The notes under the pieces were generated by a model, which had not been told where the DNA came from, made no database searches, and worked only from the letters and a program-made list of their open reading frames with translations. The translations under genes and the position numbers were made by a program. This document shows positions 47,140 to 57,179 of a stretch of DNA of 64,000 bases, in pieces (within the stretch, counting starts at the first letter, position 1; every line of letters starts with the position of its first letter). Source of the stretch: Candidatus Sericytochromatia bacterium (GTDB lineage: Bacteria; Cyanobacteriota; Sericytochromatia; UBA7694); assembly GCA_018780035.1 (NCBI GenBank), contig JADMKE010000029.1:65388-129387 (forward strand). The letters run 5' to 3'.

Positions 47140-48363
47140 TTGGAGGACCTTTTTATGGGGCGATGGAGCCGCGTGGGGATCTGCATGGGCTTGGGCCTTG
47201 GGATTGTACTCGCTTCAGGGGCACTGAGAGGGTCTGTCTTGCAGGCCTGTGCGACATCGATTGGGCAAATCCCTTCTCTTCGTATCCGCACAGGTGCCGA
47301 TCAACCTTCGCGCTACTTGCCACTGCTCAAAGGCCGCAAAGTGGGATTGGTGGCCAATCCCAGCAGTCGCGTGGGCAAACAACATCTGCTGGATTATCTA
47401 TTGCAAAACAAAGTGCTTGTCAAAAAGGTCTTTGCCCCCGAACACGGCTTTCGCGGCGAGGCCGAAGCCGGGGCCCAGATTGTCGATGGCAAAGACCCGA
47501 TTACCCAATTGCCGGTGCTCTCACTCTATGGCGATCAGAAACAGCCCTCCCCAGAGGCCCTGAAAGAGATGGACCTGCTCGTCTTTGATATCCAAGATGT
47601 GGGGGTGCGCTATTACACCTATATCTCCACCTTGCACTATGTCATGGAGGCCTGCGCTCAGAGTGGCAAACCCCTGATCGTCTTAGATCGCCCCAATCCC
47701 AATGGGGCCTTTGTTGATGGGCCCCTTTTAGAGCCTGCGCTCAGATCTTTTGTGGGCCTGCACCCCATTCCGCTCTTACATGGCCTGACTGTGGGCGAAT
47801 TGGCCCAGATGATCAATGGCGAAAAATGGCTCAAAAACGGCGTTTGTGCGCTGACGGTGGTGCCTGTGGCCTCATATTCCCACAGCAGTCCCTATTCTTT
47901 GCCGGTGCCCCCTTCTCCCAATTTGCCCAATGCCCAGGCCGTCAGGCTCTATCCCTCGTTGGGGCTCTTTGAAGGCACAGGTATCAGCGTGGGGCGGGGC
48001 ACAGATTTTCCCTTTCAGGTGATTGGCCAACCCGATCCCGCGACGGGCCCCTTTCAATTCACGCCTGTGAGTTTGCCCGGCAAAGCCCAACACCCGATGT
48101 TTGAAAACCAGCTCTGTTATGGCTGGGATTTGCGTTCGGTGCCTGCAGGGGGCTTAAATTTGGACTTTTTGATCGGGTTATACCATCAGAGTTCGCAGCC
48201 CGCCACATTTTTTAATCCCTTCTTTGACAAACTTGCAGGTACAGCCCAATTGCGCACGGCCATACAGGCCGGTCAGTCTGAAGCGCAGATTCGCGAAAGC
48301 TGGCAGGCCGGTCTGCAGGCCTACAAAACCCTGCGCCAAAAATACCTGCTTTACCCAGATTAA
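47140..48363 (+). CDS. namZ: DUF1343 / NamZ-like exo-beta-N-acetylmuramidase
   Basis: Signal peptide. VGLVANPSS, LLVFDIQDVGVRYYTYISTL, LDRPNPNG. Confidence 0.6.
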   Translation: MEDLFMGRWSRVGICMGLGLGIVLASGALRGSVLQACATSIGQIPSLRIRTGADQPSRYLPLLKGRKVGLVANPSSRVGKQHLLDYLLQNKVLVKKVFAPEHGFRGEAEAGAQIVDGKDPITQLPVLSLYGDQKQPSPEALKEMDLLVFDIQDVGVRYYTYISTLHYVMEACAQSGKPLIVLDRPNPNGAFVDGPLLEPALRSFVGLHPIPLLHGLTVGELAQMINGEKWLKNGVCALTVVPVASYSHSSPYSLPVPPSPNLPNAQAVRLYPSLGLFEGTGISVGRGTDFPFQVIGQPDPATGPFQFTPVSLPGKAQHPMFENQLCYGWDLRSVPAGGLNLDFLIGLYHQSSQPATFFNPFFDKLAGTAQLRTAIQAGQSEAQIRESWQAGLQAYKTLRQKYLLYPD

Positions 48364-48393
48364 GGGCCCAAGTGGCCCGTTTAAGGAGACTTT

Positions 48394-48822
48394 ATGACCC
48401 ATGTTTTAGCTGTGGGAGATCAATTCAGCACAGAAGTGTGTTTTACCCAGGAAGACGTGATTGCCTTTGCACGTATCAGCGGAGATGCCAATCCCCTGCA
48501 TTTGGACTCTGATTTTGCCGCTACAACGCTGTTTAAACGTCCGATTATGCACGGAATGCTCTCAGCCTCGGTTTTTTCGCGGGTGTTGGGCATGGATTTT
48601 CCGGGGCCGGGAACAGTTTATCTCTCGCAAAACCTGGCGTTCAAAGCGCCGATGTTCGTCGATACGGTGTATCGGGCCCATTTTGTGATTCGGTCTATCC
48701 AGAAATTCCGTGCCACAATCGAAACCTGGGTTGAAGATGAAAGGGGTCAGGTGACCTTGTCTGGCGAAGCGGTGGTCCTGAACCGTGCGCGGCTGAAAGG
48801 AACTGAAAGTGTTGCTGTTTAA
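48394..48822 (+). CDS. MaoC-like (R)-hydratase, hotdog fold
   Basis: FARISGDANPLHLD...PIMHGML. Confidence 0.75.
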   Translation: MTHVLAVGDQFSTEVCFTQEDVIAFARISGDANPLHLDSDFAATTLFKRPIMHGMLSASVFSRVLGMDFPGPGTVYLSQNLAFKAPMFVDTVYRAHFVIRSIQKFRATIETWVEDERGQVTLSGEAVVLNRARLKGTESVAV

Positions 48823-49531
48823 CAGCCCCCTCAGCCAGGCCAAAGCCCAGACCTTGATCGGCCTTTTGGATTTGCCTGACCAGGCCCAGGTGCTGGATAT
48901 TGGCTGTGGCAATGGCGAATTTTTATTGCAAGTGCTCGAACACTATCCCAAGGCGCTGGGCAGAGGGGTGGAGCTGAACCCTGCCCTTGTGGCCGAGGCC
49001 AAGCTGCGCATGCAGGGACGTGTCGATCCTGAGCGTCTGCGCTTTCACCAAGGTGATGCCCGTGTGGGGTTGCCTGCCATGCCATCCCTGGATTTGCTGA
49101 TCTGCCTGGGAGCCAGTCAGGCCTTTGCTGCTGCTGAATCCGCTTATCCGGCACTTTTAGCCGCTTGCTTAGAACGCTTGCGCCCTGCTGGATTGGCCCT
49201 GATTGGAGAGGCTTTTTGGCAGCAATCCCCGACCCCAGAATACCTGGCATTATTGGGTGAGCCTGCGGGCATTTACCGCAGCCAGCTAGAAAATGTCACA
49301 CTGGCCCAAGCGCGGGGCTTCAATCCGCTGTATATCACCGACAGCAATCCCGATGAGTGGGACGATTTTGAATGGCGTCACCAGATGCGGTTGGAAAGGG
49401 CGCTTGGACAAGCCCCTGAAAATGCTGAAATACTTGAAAAAGTCCAGCATGGCCGCCGATGGCGTGATGGCTATTTGCGTTGGGGACGCAGCACCCTGGG
49501 CTTCGGTTTCTATCTTTTGCAAAAGTCTTAA
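48809..49531 (+). CDS. Class I SAM-dependent methyltransferase
   Basis: VLDIGCGNGEFLLQV. Confidence 0.65.
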   Translation: MLLFNSPLSQAKAQTLIGLLDLPDQAQVLDIGCGNGEFLLQVLEHYPKALGRGVELNPALVAEAKLRMQGRVDPERLRFHQGDARVGLPAMPSLDLLICLGASQAFAAAESAYPALLAACLERLRPAGLALIGEAFWQQSPTPEYLALLGEPAGIYRSQLENVTLAQARGFNPLYITDSNPDEWDDFEWRHQMRLERALGQAPENAEILEKVQHGRRWRDGYLRWGRSTLGFGFYLLQKS

Positions 49532-49596
49532 ATTCATCCCATTCAAACAATACTTAGGCATTGACCTAAGTATTGAAATGAACTATACTTAGGTAC

Positions 49597-49944
49597 ATGA
49601 CTAACTATTCAGAATCCCTCGATTCACTCTTTCAGGCCTTGGCTGATCCCACCCGCCGCACAGTGATTGAGCGGCTGAGTTTGGGACCGGCTTCGGTGTC
49701 TGAATTGGCTGAACCCTTTGATATGGCCTTGCCCTCATTTCTTCAGCATTTAAAGGTGTTGGAGCAGTGCGGATTGGTGACTTCGCAAAAAGTGGGACGG
49801 GTACGGACCTATCAATTGGTTCCGGAGGCCCTCAATCTCATGCGGCACTGGTTGCAAAACCAGCAAACGGTTTGGACGCGGCGTTTGGACCAATTGGATA
49901 GTTATCTCTTAGAACTTGCAAAACAGGAGAAACAAAATGAGTAA
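49597..49944 (+). CDS. ArsR/SmtB-family transcriptional regulator (copy 2)
   Basis: [16 protein letters not shown]...[28 protein letters not shown]. Confidence 0.8.
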   Translation: MTNYSESLDSLFQALADPTRRTVIERLSLGPASVSELAEPFDMALPSFLQHLKVLEQCGLVTSQKVGRVRTYQLVPEALNLMRHWLQNQQTVWTRRLDQLDSYLLELAKQEKQNE

Positions 49945-50419
49945 TGGCGTGAATTTTGAATTAAACCCCGAATTGGATCTGGTTTTGGAGCGGGTGGTGG
50001 ATGTCTCCCCCGAGCTGATCTGGAAAGCCTGGACCGAAGCTGAACACCTCAAAAAATGGTTTGTGCCTGCGCCTTGGACCATTTCTGAATGTGAGTTGGA
50101 CCTGCGTTTGGGCGGCATGTGCCGCACCGTGATGCGCTCCCCCGAAGGCCAAGAATTTCCCAATTTGGGCTGTTATCTCGAAATTGTGCCGAATCAAAAG
50201 CTGGTCTTTACCGATGCACTTTTGCCCGGATTTCGGCCCTCAGAAAAGCCCTTTTTTACGGCGATGGTGCTGCTTGAAAAAGTCGAAACGGGCACCAAGT
50301 ACACAGCCATCGCCATTCACCGTGATGCCGAAGGCCGCAAGCAGCACGAAGAGATGGGGTTTGCTGAGGGCTGGGGCAAGTGTCTCGACCAATTGGTGGA
50401 ATACGTTAAAACTTTCTAA
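49937..50419 (+). CDS. SRPBCC/AHSA1-domain protein (copy 2)
   Basis: ATG 49937 overlapping the ArsR stop (ATGA). [17 protein letters not shown]. Confidence 0.6.
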   Translation: MSNGVNFELNPELDLVLERVVDVSPELIWKAWTEAEHLKKWFVPAPWTISECELDLRLGGMCRTVMRSPEGQEFPNLGCYLEIVPNQKLVFTDALLPGFRPSEKPFFTAMVLLEKVETGTKYTAIAIHRDAEGRKQHEEMGFAEGWGKCLDQLVEYVKTF

Positions 50420-50430
50420 GCGCAGTTTCT

Positions 50431-51024
50431 TTGCATTGCGAACAGGGCCTTTGGGATAATTTGGGTCGAATGGTGCCTTTGGTCAATATTGGCATCTATG
50501 GCAAAGATACCGTGCGGGCCCACAAAAACAAAGAGGCCCTCAACGGCATTGCGCGCCATGCTGAGGGCACAGGCAATAGCCTGGCTATCAGCGGTGCGGT
50601 TTCGGTCGTCACCACGGCTGTGGCCTTTGTGCCCGGTACCCAAATCGCTCCCGCTTTGACCGGGGCCTCGTCATCGCTGGCAGGTGGGGTGGGAGCGCAG
50701 ATTGGAGCCATGGGGGTGCGTTATACGGCAGCGGCAGCGATCGATTCTGGAATTAAAACCGCAGGCAGCACCTTGTTTTCGACCGCTTCTTCGACGGCCC
50801 AAGACTATGCCGTCACAGGGGTTGACCGCTCAGGTGCCAGTGTTGGCAAAGAGAAAATCGGCAGTGGTTATGGCAAACTCAAAGTCACCACCCGACAAGA
50901 TGCCCATGGCCAAGTCAAAATGGAGACCGAAATGGGCTACCAAGCCGCACGGGCCCTGGTCAATTATTTGGGGCCTGCCCAGGGCATGGCTGAATCACCC
51001 CTATTCGGCCTTGTCGGGCTATAG
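50431..51024 (+). CDS. Hypothetical Gly/Ala/Ser-rich protein (no SD; possible fragment)
   Basis: ORF only. G/A/S-rich hydrophobic segment AISGAVSVVTTAVAFVPG...AGGVGAQIGAMG. Confidence 0.25.
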   Translation: MHCEQGLWDNLGRMVPLVNIGIYGKDTVRAHKNKEALNGIARHAEGTGNSLAISGAVSVVTTAVAFVPGTQIAPALTGASSSLAGGVGAQIGAMGVRYTAAAAIDSGIKTAGSTLFSTASSTAQDYAVTGVDRSGASVGKEKIGSGYGKLKVTTRQDAHGQVKMETEMGYQAARALVNYLGPAQGMAESPLFGLVGL

Positions 51025-51116
51025 ACCTTGTTTTTTTTGCTGAAAAGCGTATGATGAGTGAAGTTTTAGCAGTTAGCAGCTCTTTAAACGTTATTCAGGC
51101 AAGGAGAACGATTAAC

Positions 51117-51677
51117 ATGGGTGTCTTTTACAGCGCATATTTTCTCAAAACCACTGCCAGCGATGAGCAACTCCGCAAACGCTTTTCCCGTGTTCAAACC
51201 CATCCTGATTCAGACTGGAAGGTCTGTAATTATGGCAACGACTTTGTCGATGGACTCTTTGAAGGGGATGACGATTTTACCCTGGATCTCTCAGCCCGTT
51301 TTGGTGAGGTGATTTTTCTCTGTATTGATTCACGCAATGACCAATTTGAATACGAACACAGCCGTGAAGGGCATTTGTTGCGCAAGCTCTGCTGGAGCTC
51401 AGATGGCAGTGAAAGTACCTGGTTGGCGGTGGCGGGTGAGAGAGAGCCCTGGGAAGACAATAGCCTCTTTTCTCAGGCCAATTTGGCCAAGGCCTTGGAG
51501 ATGCTCAAATACATCGTCGAAGACGAAGGCGCAGACGATTATGAGGAGCGGGCTGAAACCTTGCGCACCCTCTGGGAGCGCAAAGAATACCAGCTTGAAC
51601 AACCCTGGCCGATTGGTGATGCCCATTATGTGGATGTGATCCAAGGGTATTTTGGCCTCAAACTGCCAGCGGCCTGA
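51117..51677 (+). CDS. Hypothetical acidic protein
   Basis: AAGGAGA SD 8 nt before ATG 51117. Confidence 0.35.
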   Translation: MGVFYSAYFLKTTASDEQLRKRFSRVQTHPDSDWKVCNYGNDFVDGLFEGDDDFTLDLSARFGEVIFLCIDSRNDQFEYEHSREGHLLRKLCWSSDGSESTWLAVAGEREPWEDNSLFSQANLAKALEMLKYIVEDEGADDYEERAETLRTLWERKEYQLEQPWPIGDAHYVDVIQGYFGLKLPAA

Positions 51678-51687
51678 GGTCGGCCCC

Positions 51688-52599
51688 ATGCCTGAACCCA
51701 ATCACCCGGCGCTCAAGAAAATTTTGACCAAAGTAGGTAATCCTGACTTGGTCGAACAACTGGCAGATACCCTCAGCCCAGGAGAATTGAGCAGTTTGCT
51801 GCTGGAGGTCTACCGCCAAAAAATCGCCAAATTGCGTCCGGCGGATCTTCTGGCGGGCCTGTCTCAGAATCGCTTGGTTGTGCCCACAGCCTTGGATCCC
51901 CTGATTCTTAAAGCCGGGGAGTTGGATGCGCTCAAATTGGCTGTTGCATTGGGCTTTCATCCGATTGAATTGGGGCCCGTGACCCCTTTGGGTTCGTCTG
52001 CGGTCTACGGACGCATCAACCAAAACAACGTGCTTTCAGCCCTGCGCAATTGTGAAGTGATCGCCGATCCCAGCAATTTGCTCTGCCTGCTCATGGCCGC
52101 TGAACAATTGCAGTCCAAAACACCCGAACTCCATTGGATTTGCTCTCACCGCACCTTGCGAACGGCTTTGTTTGAAGGACCGGGGCGCTATGCCCATTTT
52201 CAGATGTTGGCGGCCTGTTCGCTTGTGCAGACCCGAGCGACGGAACCTGTGCTCGAAGCGGTCTTAAAACATCTGGTTTTACAAAAGGCCCTGTTTCAAC
52301 ATTTTGGCTTGCACGACATGAGTCTCAAATTTTGGCTCAAATCTGCACGCAAACAGGTGGGTTTGGCCCTCTGGGAGTGTTTGCAAAACAGTGGCGAATT
52401 TCAGGCAGAATTGCAATCCGAAACAGGCACTGACTATTACCAGGGTTTTCAGATCAAGACCTATGCCCGCTTCGGGGAACAAACCTTGGAGTTGGCGGAT
52501 TGCGGCTTGGTGCCCTGGGCGGCAGAATTGCGGGGGGATCGGCATTTAAATTGTCTGATCAGTGGTGTGGGTTTGGAACGCATCTTGATGTTTACTTGA
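51688..52599 (+). CDS. Hypothetical protein
   Basis: ATG 51688 with GAGGT SD. ORF only. Confidence 0.35.
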   Translation: MPEPNHPALKKILTKVGNPDLVEQLADTLSPGELSSLLLEVYRQKIAKLRPADLLAGLSQNRLVVPTALDPLILKAGELDALKLAVALGFHPIELGPVTPLGSSAVYGRINQNNVLSALRNCEVIADPSNLLCLLMAAEQLQSKTPELHWICSHRTLRTALFEGPGRYAHFQMLAACSLVQTRATEPVLEAVLKHLVLQKALFQHFGLHDMSLKFWLKSARKQVGLALWECLQNSGEFQAELQSETGTDYYQGFQIKTYARFGEQTLELADCGLVPWAAELRGDRHLNCLISGVGLERILMFT

Positions 52600-52650
52600 A
52601 GGTCTTCTCTGCTAAAATGAAGCACCTTCACACGAAAAGAGTGCAACCTT

Positions 52651-53106
52651 GTGAACATATTAAAGCTGAAAACGGTTACGTTTCTTTTGCCCGCTTTGGT
52701 CTCTCTGAGTTTGCTGTCTTTCCCCGCCTGGGCGACATCTCCCCCCCCTTGGCAGACAGAAACCGTCACTGAAACCGTGGCCAAATTGCCCAAAGGCAGC
52801 ACCGTTAAAACCTATGTCAGCCCCGATAAAAAGCGCCAGTTGATCCTGCGCGATGAAGGCAATCACGGCGATTTTTTCTATTACGCCTATTATTTTTTTG
52901 ATGGCAAAAAATACCACCACATTCAGACCTATGTGGCCCGTGGCAAAGAGCCCGTGGTGAGCTGGAAAAAAGATTACCTGAGTTTTGAAGCTGCCACCCC
53001 GATTGGGCCAGAGCAAATCCAGGTCATGACCGTCGAGTATTATTATGCCAAAAAGCAATTGCGTTACAAGGTACTCAAAACCGAAGCGATGCAACACACC
53101 GGGTAA
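52651..53106 (+). CDS. Hypothetical secreted protein
   Basis: Signal peptide LLPALVSLSLLSFPAWA. Confidence 0.4.
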   Translation: MNILKLKTVTFLLPALVSLSLLSFPAWATSPPPWQTETVTETVAKLPKGSTVKTYVSPDKKRQLILRDEGNHGDFFYYAYYFFDGKKYHHIQTYVARGKEPVVSWKKDYLSFEAATPIGPEQIQVMTVEYYYAKKQLRYKVLKTEAMQHTG

Positions 53107-53188
53107 GAACAGGTTTTCGTTTCAAGGGGTTGGGTTTCTTGCGAAGCGACTGTGCCCGAAAACAGAACCCCTCCTTGCTGTCTAAAAT

Positions 53189-54538
53189 CTATTCCCTCCC
53201 AGCCCAATGGGTTTGCCCATTTTGCTCCAGATTCAGACCTGTGATTTTGCCCTTGTCGTCGCTTTGAAAGGTCAAAGTGGCTTCCACGGCTTGGTATTTA
53301 AATTGGTGGGCCTTGTCTGTCGGGAAAATCCGCAGTGTGGGCTGCCCTGTGAGCTGGGCCTGTAAATACCCCGCTGCCTGGGTAATTGTAAAAAATATAC
53401 CTGGCGCGAGTTGGTATTGGCCAGTATAGTTTTCGAGTGTGGCAGTGGGTCTGCGCAGGTCTGTGATTTTGCGCAATGGGGAATTGGGGTTGAGCAAATG
53501 TAAGCCGAGATCTTCGACTGCATCGGTATTGTTGGTTAAGACGACAGCGCCTTTGCCCTGTTTGAGGTCGAGGCCAATAAAACTCAGCGACCCGCCTGTT
53601 TGGCCATTGTGAAAGTGCAAGGTACTGCCTTTGTATTCAATGACGTGCCAAGCATAAGCCACATGCGGTTTGTCTTCACCGGGCAGGCGCATCTGACTGC
53701 GTTGGATCGCCTTGCCCAGGGGGGTGGGTGGCGGAGTTAATTGGGCCTGTAAAAAGCGGGCCATGTCTTCGGCATTTGAGCGCAAGGCCCCGGCCCCTGC
53801 CGTGACCTCGGAAAAGGTCCAAGCAGGCACGGCAATGCCATCAAAATGGGGCTGGGCCAAAAAATGGGGCGGTACAGGAGCGGCAGTGCCTGTCGACTTC
53901 ATGCCCAGGGGTGAAAACAGATCGCGGCTTAAAAGGGTATTGTAATTGGGGCTGCCACTCAGGGGGGCTTCCAAAGCACCCAAGAGGCCATAAGCCAGAT
54001 TTGAATAGCTATAAGCAGCGGGTGTTTTTTCGGGGGAAAAGCCTGACAAAAACGCTATTAATTTCTCTGAAGAATAATCCTGGTAAGGGTCATCTGGATT
54101 GGCGGGGGCAAAATTTGCGGGCAAACGTGGCAGGCCCGAGCGGTGAGCCAACAGCGACTGCAGGGAGATGTTTTCCAGGGCAGTGGGCAAAACACCCCAG
54201 TTGCTGGGCCAAAAGGCCTTGAGATTTTGTTCGGGGCTGAGTTTTTTTTGTTCGATCAAGAGCGCCGCTTCGAGGGCTGTAAAAATTTTGCTCAAACTGC
54301 CCAATTCAAAGGATGTTTGTGCCGTAATGGTCTCTGATTGGGGGTTTAAATTGCGTCTGCCCCAGGTTTGAATCACCGGGGCCTGTCCTTTTTCGAGGTA
54401 GACAATCGCCAGAGCTGGATTGAGGCCATACTCTACCCGTTGGGCCGCCGAGGACATAATTTCTGGAGGCAGATTTGCCGCCAGGGCGGATGTGGAGAAC
54501 TGCAGGCCAAAGAAAAAGGTCAAAAGTGTTTTTTTCAT
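53189..54538 (-). CDS. Beta-lactamase-family serine hydrolase (class C / PBP-like) with extra C-terminal domain
   Basis: Signal peptide. FELGSLSKIFTA (SxxK). YSYSN region. Confidence 0.7.
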   Translation of the reverse strand: MKKTLLTFFFGLQFSTSALAANLPPEIMSSAAQRVEYGLNPALAIVYLEKGQAPVIQTWGRRNLNPQSETITAQTSFELGSLSKIFTALEAALLIEQKKLSPEQNLKAFWPSNWGVLPTALENISLQSLLAHRSGLPRLPANFAPANPDDPYQDYSSEKLIAFLSGFSPEKTPAAYSYSNLAYGLLGALEAPLSGSPNYNTLLSRDLFSPLGMKSTGTAAPVPPHFLAQPHFDGIAVPAWTFSEVTAGAGALRSNAEDMARFLQAQLTPPPTPLGKAIQRSQMRLPGEDKPHVAYAWHVIEYKGSTLHFHNGQTGGSLSFIGLDLKQGKGAVVLTNNTDAVEDLGLHLLNPNSPLRKITDLRRPTATLENYTGQYQLAPGIFFTITQAAGYLQAQLTGQPTLRIFPTDKAHQFKYQAVEATLTFQSDDKGKITGLNLEQNGQTHWAGRE

Positions 54539-54723
54539 TGGGACATCACTTTCTATTTAAGCCCGTTGTACACATAAAAAATACATAAAACGGCCAGTAT
54601 TTACAAAAAAACAGCCCGTTCATTGTATCACCAAAGCACCTGTAAACGCCTTGTCCAATCAAGCCTGCGCGGGGGATACTGCTAGCAACTCAATCTTGAC
54701 CGAACACAGGAGCACTTGGTTTC

Positions 54724-55158
54724 ATGGCCCAACTCTATCTCTGGCTCAAAGCCTTTCACATTATTGCCGTGGTGGCCTGGTTTGCGGGCCTCTTTTATAT
54801 CTTCAGGCTCTACGTTTACCATATCGAAGCCACTTCCGACGAAGTCAAACAGACCCTTGCTGTAATGGAGCGCAAATTGCTGCGCATTATTATGAATCCC
54901 GCAATGATGGTGGCATTGTTGTTGGGCTGTGGCCTGATTGCCACCCGTTGGCCCGTGATTATGAAGAGCGGCTGGTTTCATGTAAAATTGCTGTTTGTGA
55001 TTGGCTTGATGGGCTATCACCATTACGCCGCCAAGGTGCGCAAACAGCTGGAAGCAGGCAGCTGCAAGCTGACTTCTAAACAGGCCCGGCTGATCAATGA
55101 ATTGCCCACACTGGTCCTCTTTGTGGTGGTGATTCTGGCCGTGGTGAAGCCGTTTTAA
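54724..55158 (+). CDS. hemJ: Protoporphyrinogen IX oxidase HemJ (UPF0093/CopD-like)
   Basis: YLWLKAFHIIAVVAWFAGLFYIFRLYVYH...GWFHVKLLFVIGLMGYHHY. Confidence 0.7.
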   Translation: MAQLYLWLKAFHIIAVVAWFAGLFYIFRLYVYHIEATSDEVKQTLAVMERKLLRIIMNPAMMVALLLGCGLIATRWPVIMKSGWFHVKLLFVIGLMGYHHYAAKVRKQLEAGSCKLTSKQARLINELPTLVLFVVVILAVVKPF

Positions 55159-55172
55159 AGGAGTGCAATTGA

Positions 55173-55619
55173 ATGAAATGTTTTTATCACCCAGAAAAAG
55201 ATGCCTTGGGCACTTGTAAGAATTGCTGCAAAGGCATTTGTGGAGAATGCATCATAGATGTCGGTAATGGGATCGCCTGTGATGATGCCTGTAGGGACGC
55301 AGTAAACCAGGTCAACGCATTGGTTGACTATAATAAAGAACAGCTGAAAAATATCCCTAAAAGCATGAGTTTTATTACGAACACGGGAGATATAAATAAA
55401 AATTCATATTTGTTTAATGCCTATTTTTTGCTTTCCTTAGGCCTCATCATTATTGTCCTCAATATCTATTTGTTTGTTAAAAACAACCAGATTGGATTTT
55501 CGTTTGTATGGATGGGAACAATTGGTATAATTTTTATATTATTTTCTTTTTTTTCATTTCGGAATGCAAAAAAGGTAGGAAACGCCTTTGCAGCAATCAT
55601 AACCGATGAAGAAAAATAA
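55173..55619 (+). CDS. AT-rich small membrane protein with N-terminal Cys-rich zinc-ribbon
   Basis: CFYHPEKDALGTCKNCCKGICGECI then two TM helices. Low GC. Confidence 0.45.
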   Translation: MKCFYHPEKDALGTCKNCCKGICGECIIDVGNGIACDDACRDAVNQVNALVDYNKEQLKNIPKSMSFITNTGDINKNSYLFNAYFLLSLGLIIIVLNIYLFVKNNQIGFSFVWMGTIGIIFILFSFFSFRNAKKVGNAFAAIITDEEK

Positions 55620-55725
55620 AAACTGGGCAATGGGTCCAATCATAAATCAAACTTTTCTTCTGATTATCAGAGTATTTCAGCCTGTGTTATTCTGAAACTA
55701 CAGCACACTTGATAAAAAGCAGCCC

Positions 55726-56151
55726 ATGAAACCCTATTCCGAAGACCTACGCATTCGCGTCCTTCAGGCCTACCTCAACAAGCAAGGCTCCATGCGGGCG
55801 ATTGCCGCCCGTTTTGAAGTGAGCCTGAGTTTTGTGTTGGCGCTGGTCAAACAGTACCGTGAAAAGGGCAGCATCGAACCCAAACCCCGAGGGGGTGGGC
55901 AAAAGCTGCGTGTCGATGACGATGGCATGGACCTGCTTTCACAAATCATTCACGATTATCCCCAGGCCACCCTGCAAGATCTCTGTGAACGCTTTGCCGA
56001 GGCCTCGCAGATCCAGCTCAGTATTGCCACCATGAGCCGCTGTGTGAAGCGCCTGCAGAGCAAAAATACACGTGCCATTTCGCCCCGCCGCCGGGGCCGC
56101 CCCCCGCGCAAACTCAAACCACCGCTCAATCCGCAGAAAGACACCCTGTGA
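55726..56151 (+). mobile_element. Truncated IS630-family transposase (N-terminal HTH/OrfA part only; DDE domain absent)
   Basis: MKPYSEDLRIRVLQAYLNKQGSMRAIAARFEVSLSFVLALVKQYREKGSIEPKPRGGGQK is the canonical IS630 N-terminus. The frame ends after a Pro/Arg-rich tail, with a GTGA overlap into the next gene. Confidence 0.65.
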
Positions 56152-57179
56152 CAATTTCTCTGAAAAGTGCCTTGGCCCAGGCCCACAGCAATATTGCCCT
56201 GATCAAATACTGGGGCAAACGCGACGAGGCTCTCAAATTGCCCCAAAATGGCAGCATTTCACTGACCCTCGATGCACTGTGGACCCGCACCCGTGTGACC
56301 TACAGCGAATCAAATGGGCCCGATCAGCTCTGGCTCAACGGGCAATTGGCAAGCGAACCCATGCGCCTCAAAGTTCAGCGTTTGCTCGATTTGCTGCGCG
56401 AAAAAGAAGCCAGCTCCAGCGGGACTCCTCTTGGTGCCGCCAAGATCGAAAGTGAGAATAATTTCCCCACCGGAGCCGGTTTGGCCAGCTCGGCATCGGG
56501 CTTTGCGGCCTTGGCACTGGCGGCAACTGCTGCCGCAGGTCTTGAACTCTCTCGCCCAGCACTCTCTCGTCTGGCCCGTCAGGGCTCAGGCTCGGCCTGT
56601 CGCTCGCTTTATGGTGGCTTTGCCGAGTGGCAGCGCGGAGAATCTGCCGATGGTTCTGATTCTTTTGCTATTTCAATTGACGAAACTCCCGACTGGGATC
56701 TCTGTATGGCCGTGTTGGTTTTAAACGATTTGCCCAAGGCTCTGTCTTCGGGCGACGGCATGGCTCAAACCGTCGCAACCTCGCCCCTGTATCCTGCCTG
56801 GTTGGCCTCGATAGACGAAGATCTGACACATATGCGACAGGCGATTGCCTCCCGCGATTTTAGCGCTCTGGGTGAGCTGATGGAACACAATGCGCTGAAA
56901 ATGCACGCCACAGCCCTGGCCTCGCGCCCGGCGGTGATCTATTGGATGCCTTTAACCTTGGAATTATTGGCGCGGATTCGGGACTTGCGGCAATCTGGAT
57001 TGGAATGTTATGCCACAATTGATGCCGGGCCCAACCTCAAGGTATTGATGCAAGAGCGCGATTGGCCCCGTTTTCAGGCTGCTCTGGCCCATTGGCACGA
57101 ACTCAAGGCCCTTATCCCCTGTCGACCAGGGCCGGGTGCGTTTCTTGTACCAGACGCTTTGGCTGGGCAAATGCCATGA
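56148..57179 (+). CDS. mvaD: Diphosphomevalonate decarboxylase (mevalonate pathway)
   Basis: SNIALIKYWGKRDEALKLPQNGSISLTL. GHMP-like GLASSASGFAALALAA. Confidence 0.85.
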   Translation: MTISLKSALAQAHSNIALIKYWGKRDEALKLPQNGSISLTLDALWTRTRVTYSESNGPDQLWLNGQLASEPMRLKVQRLLDLLREKEASSSGTPLGAAKIESENNFPTGAGLASSASGFAALALAATAAAGLELSRPALSRLARQGSGSACRSLYGGFAEWQRGESADGSDSFAISIDETPDWDLCMAVLVLNDLPKALSSGDGMAQTVATSPLYPAWLASIDEDLTHMRQAIASRDFSALGELMEHNALKMHATALASRPAVIYWMPLTLELLARIRDLRQSGLECYATIDAGPNLKVLMQERDWPRFQAALAHWHELKALIPCRPGPGAFLVPDALAGQMP

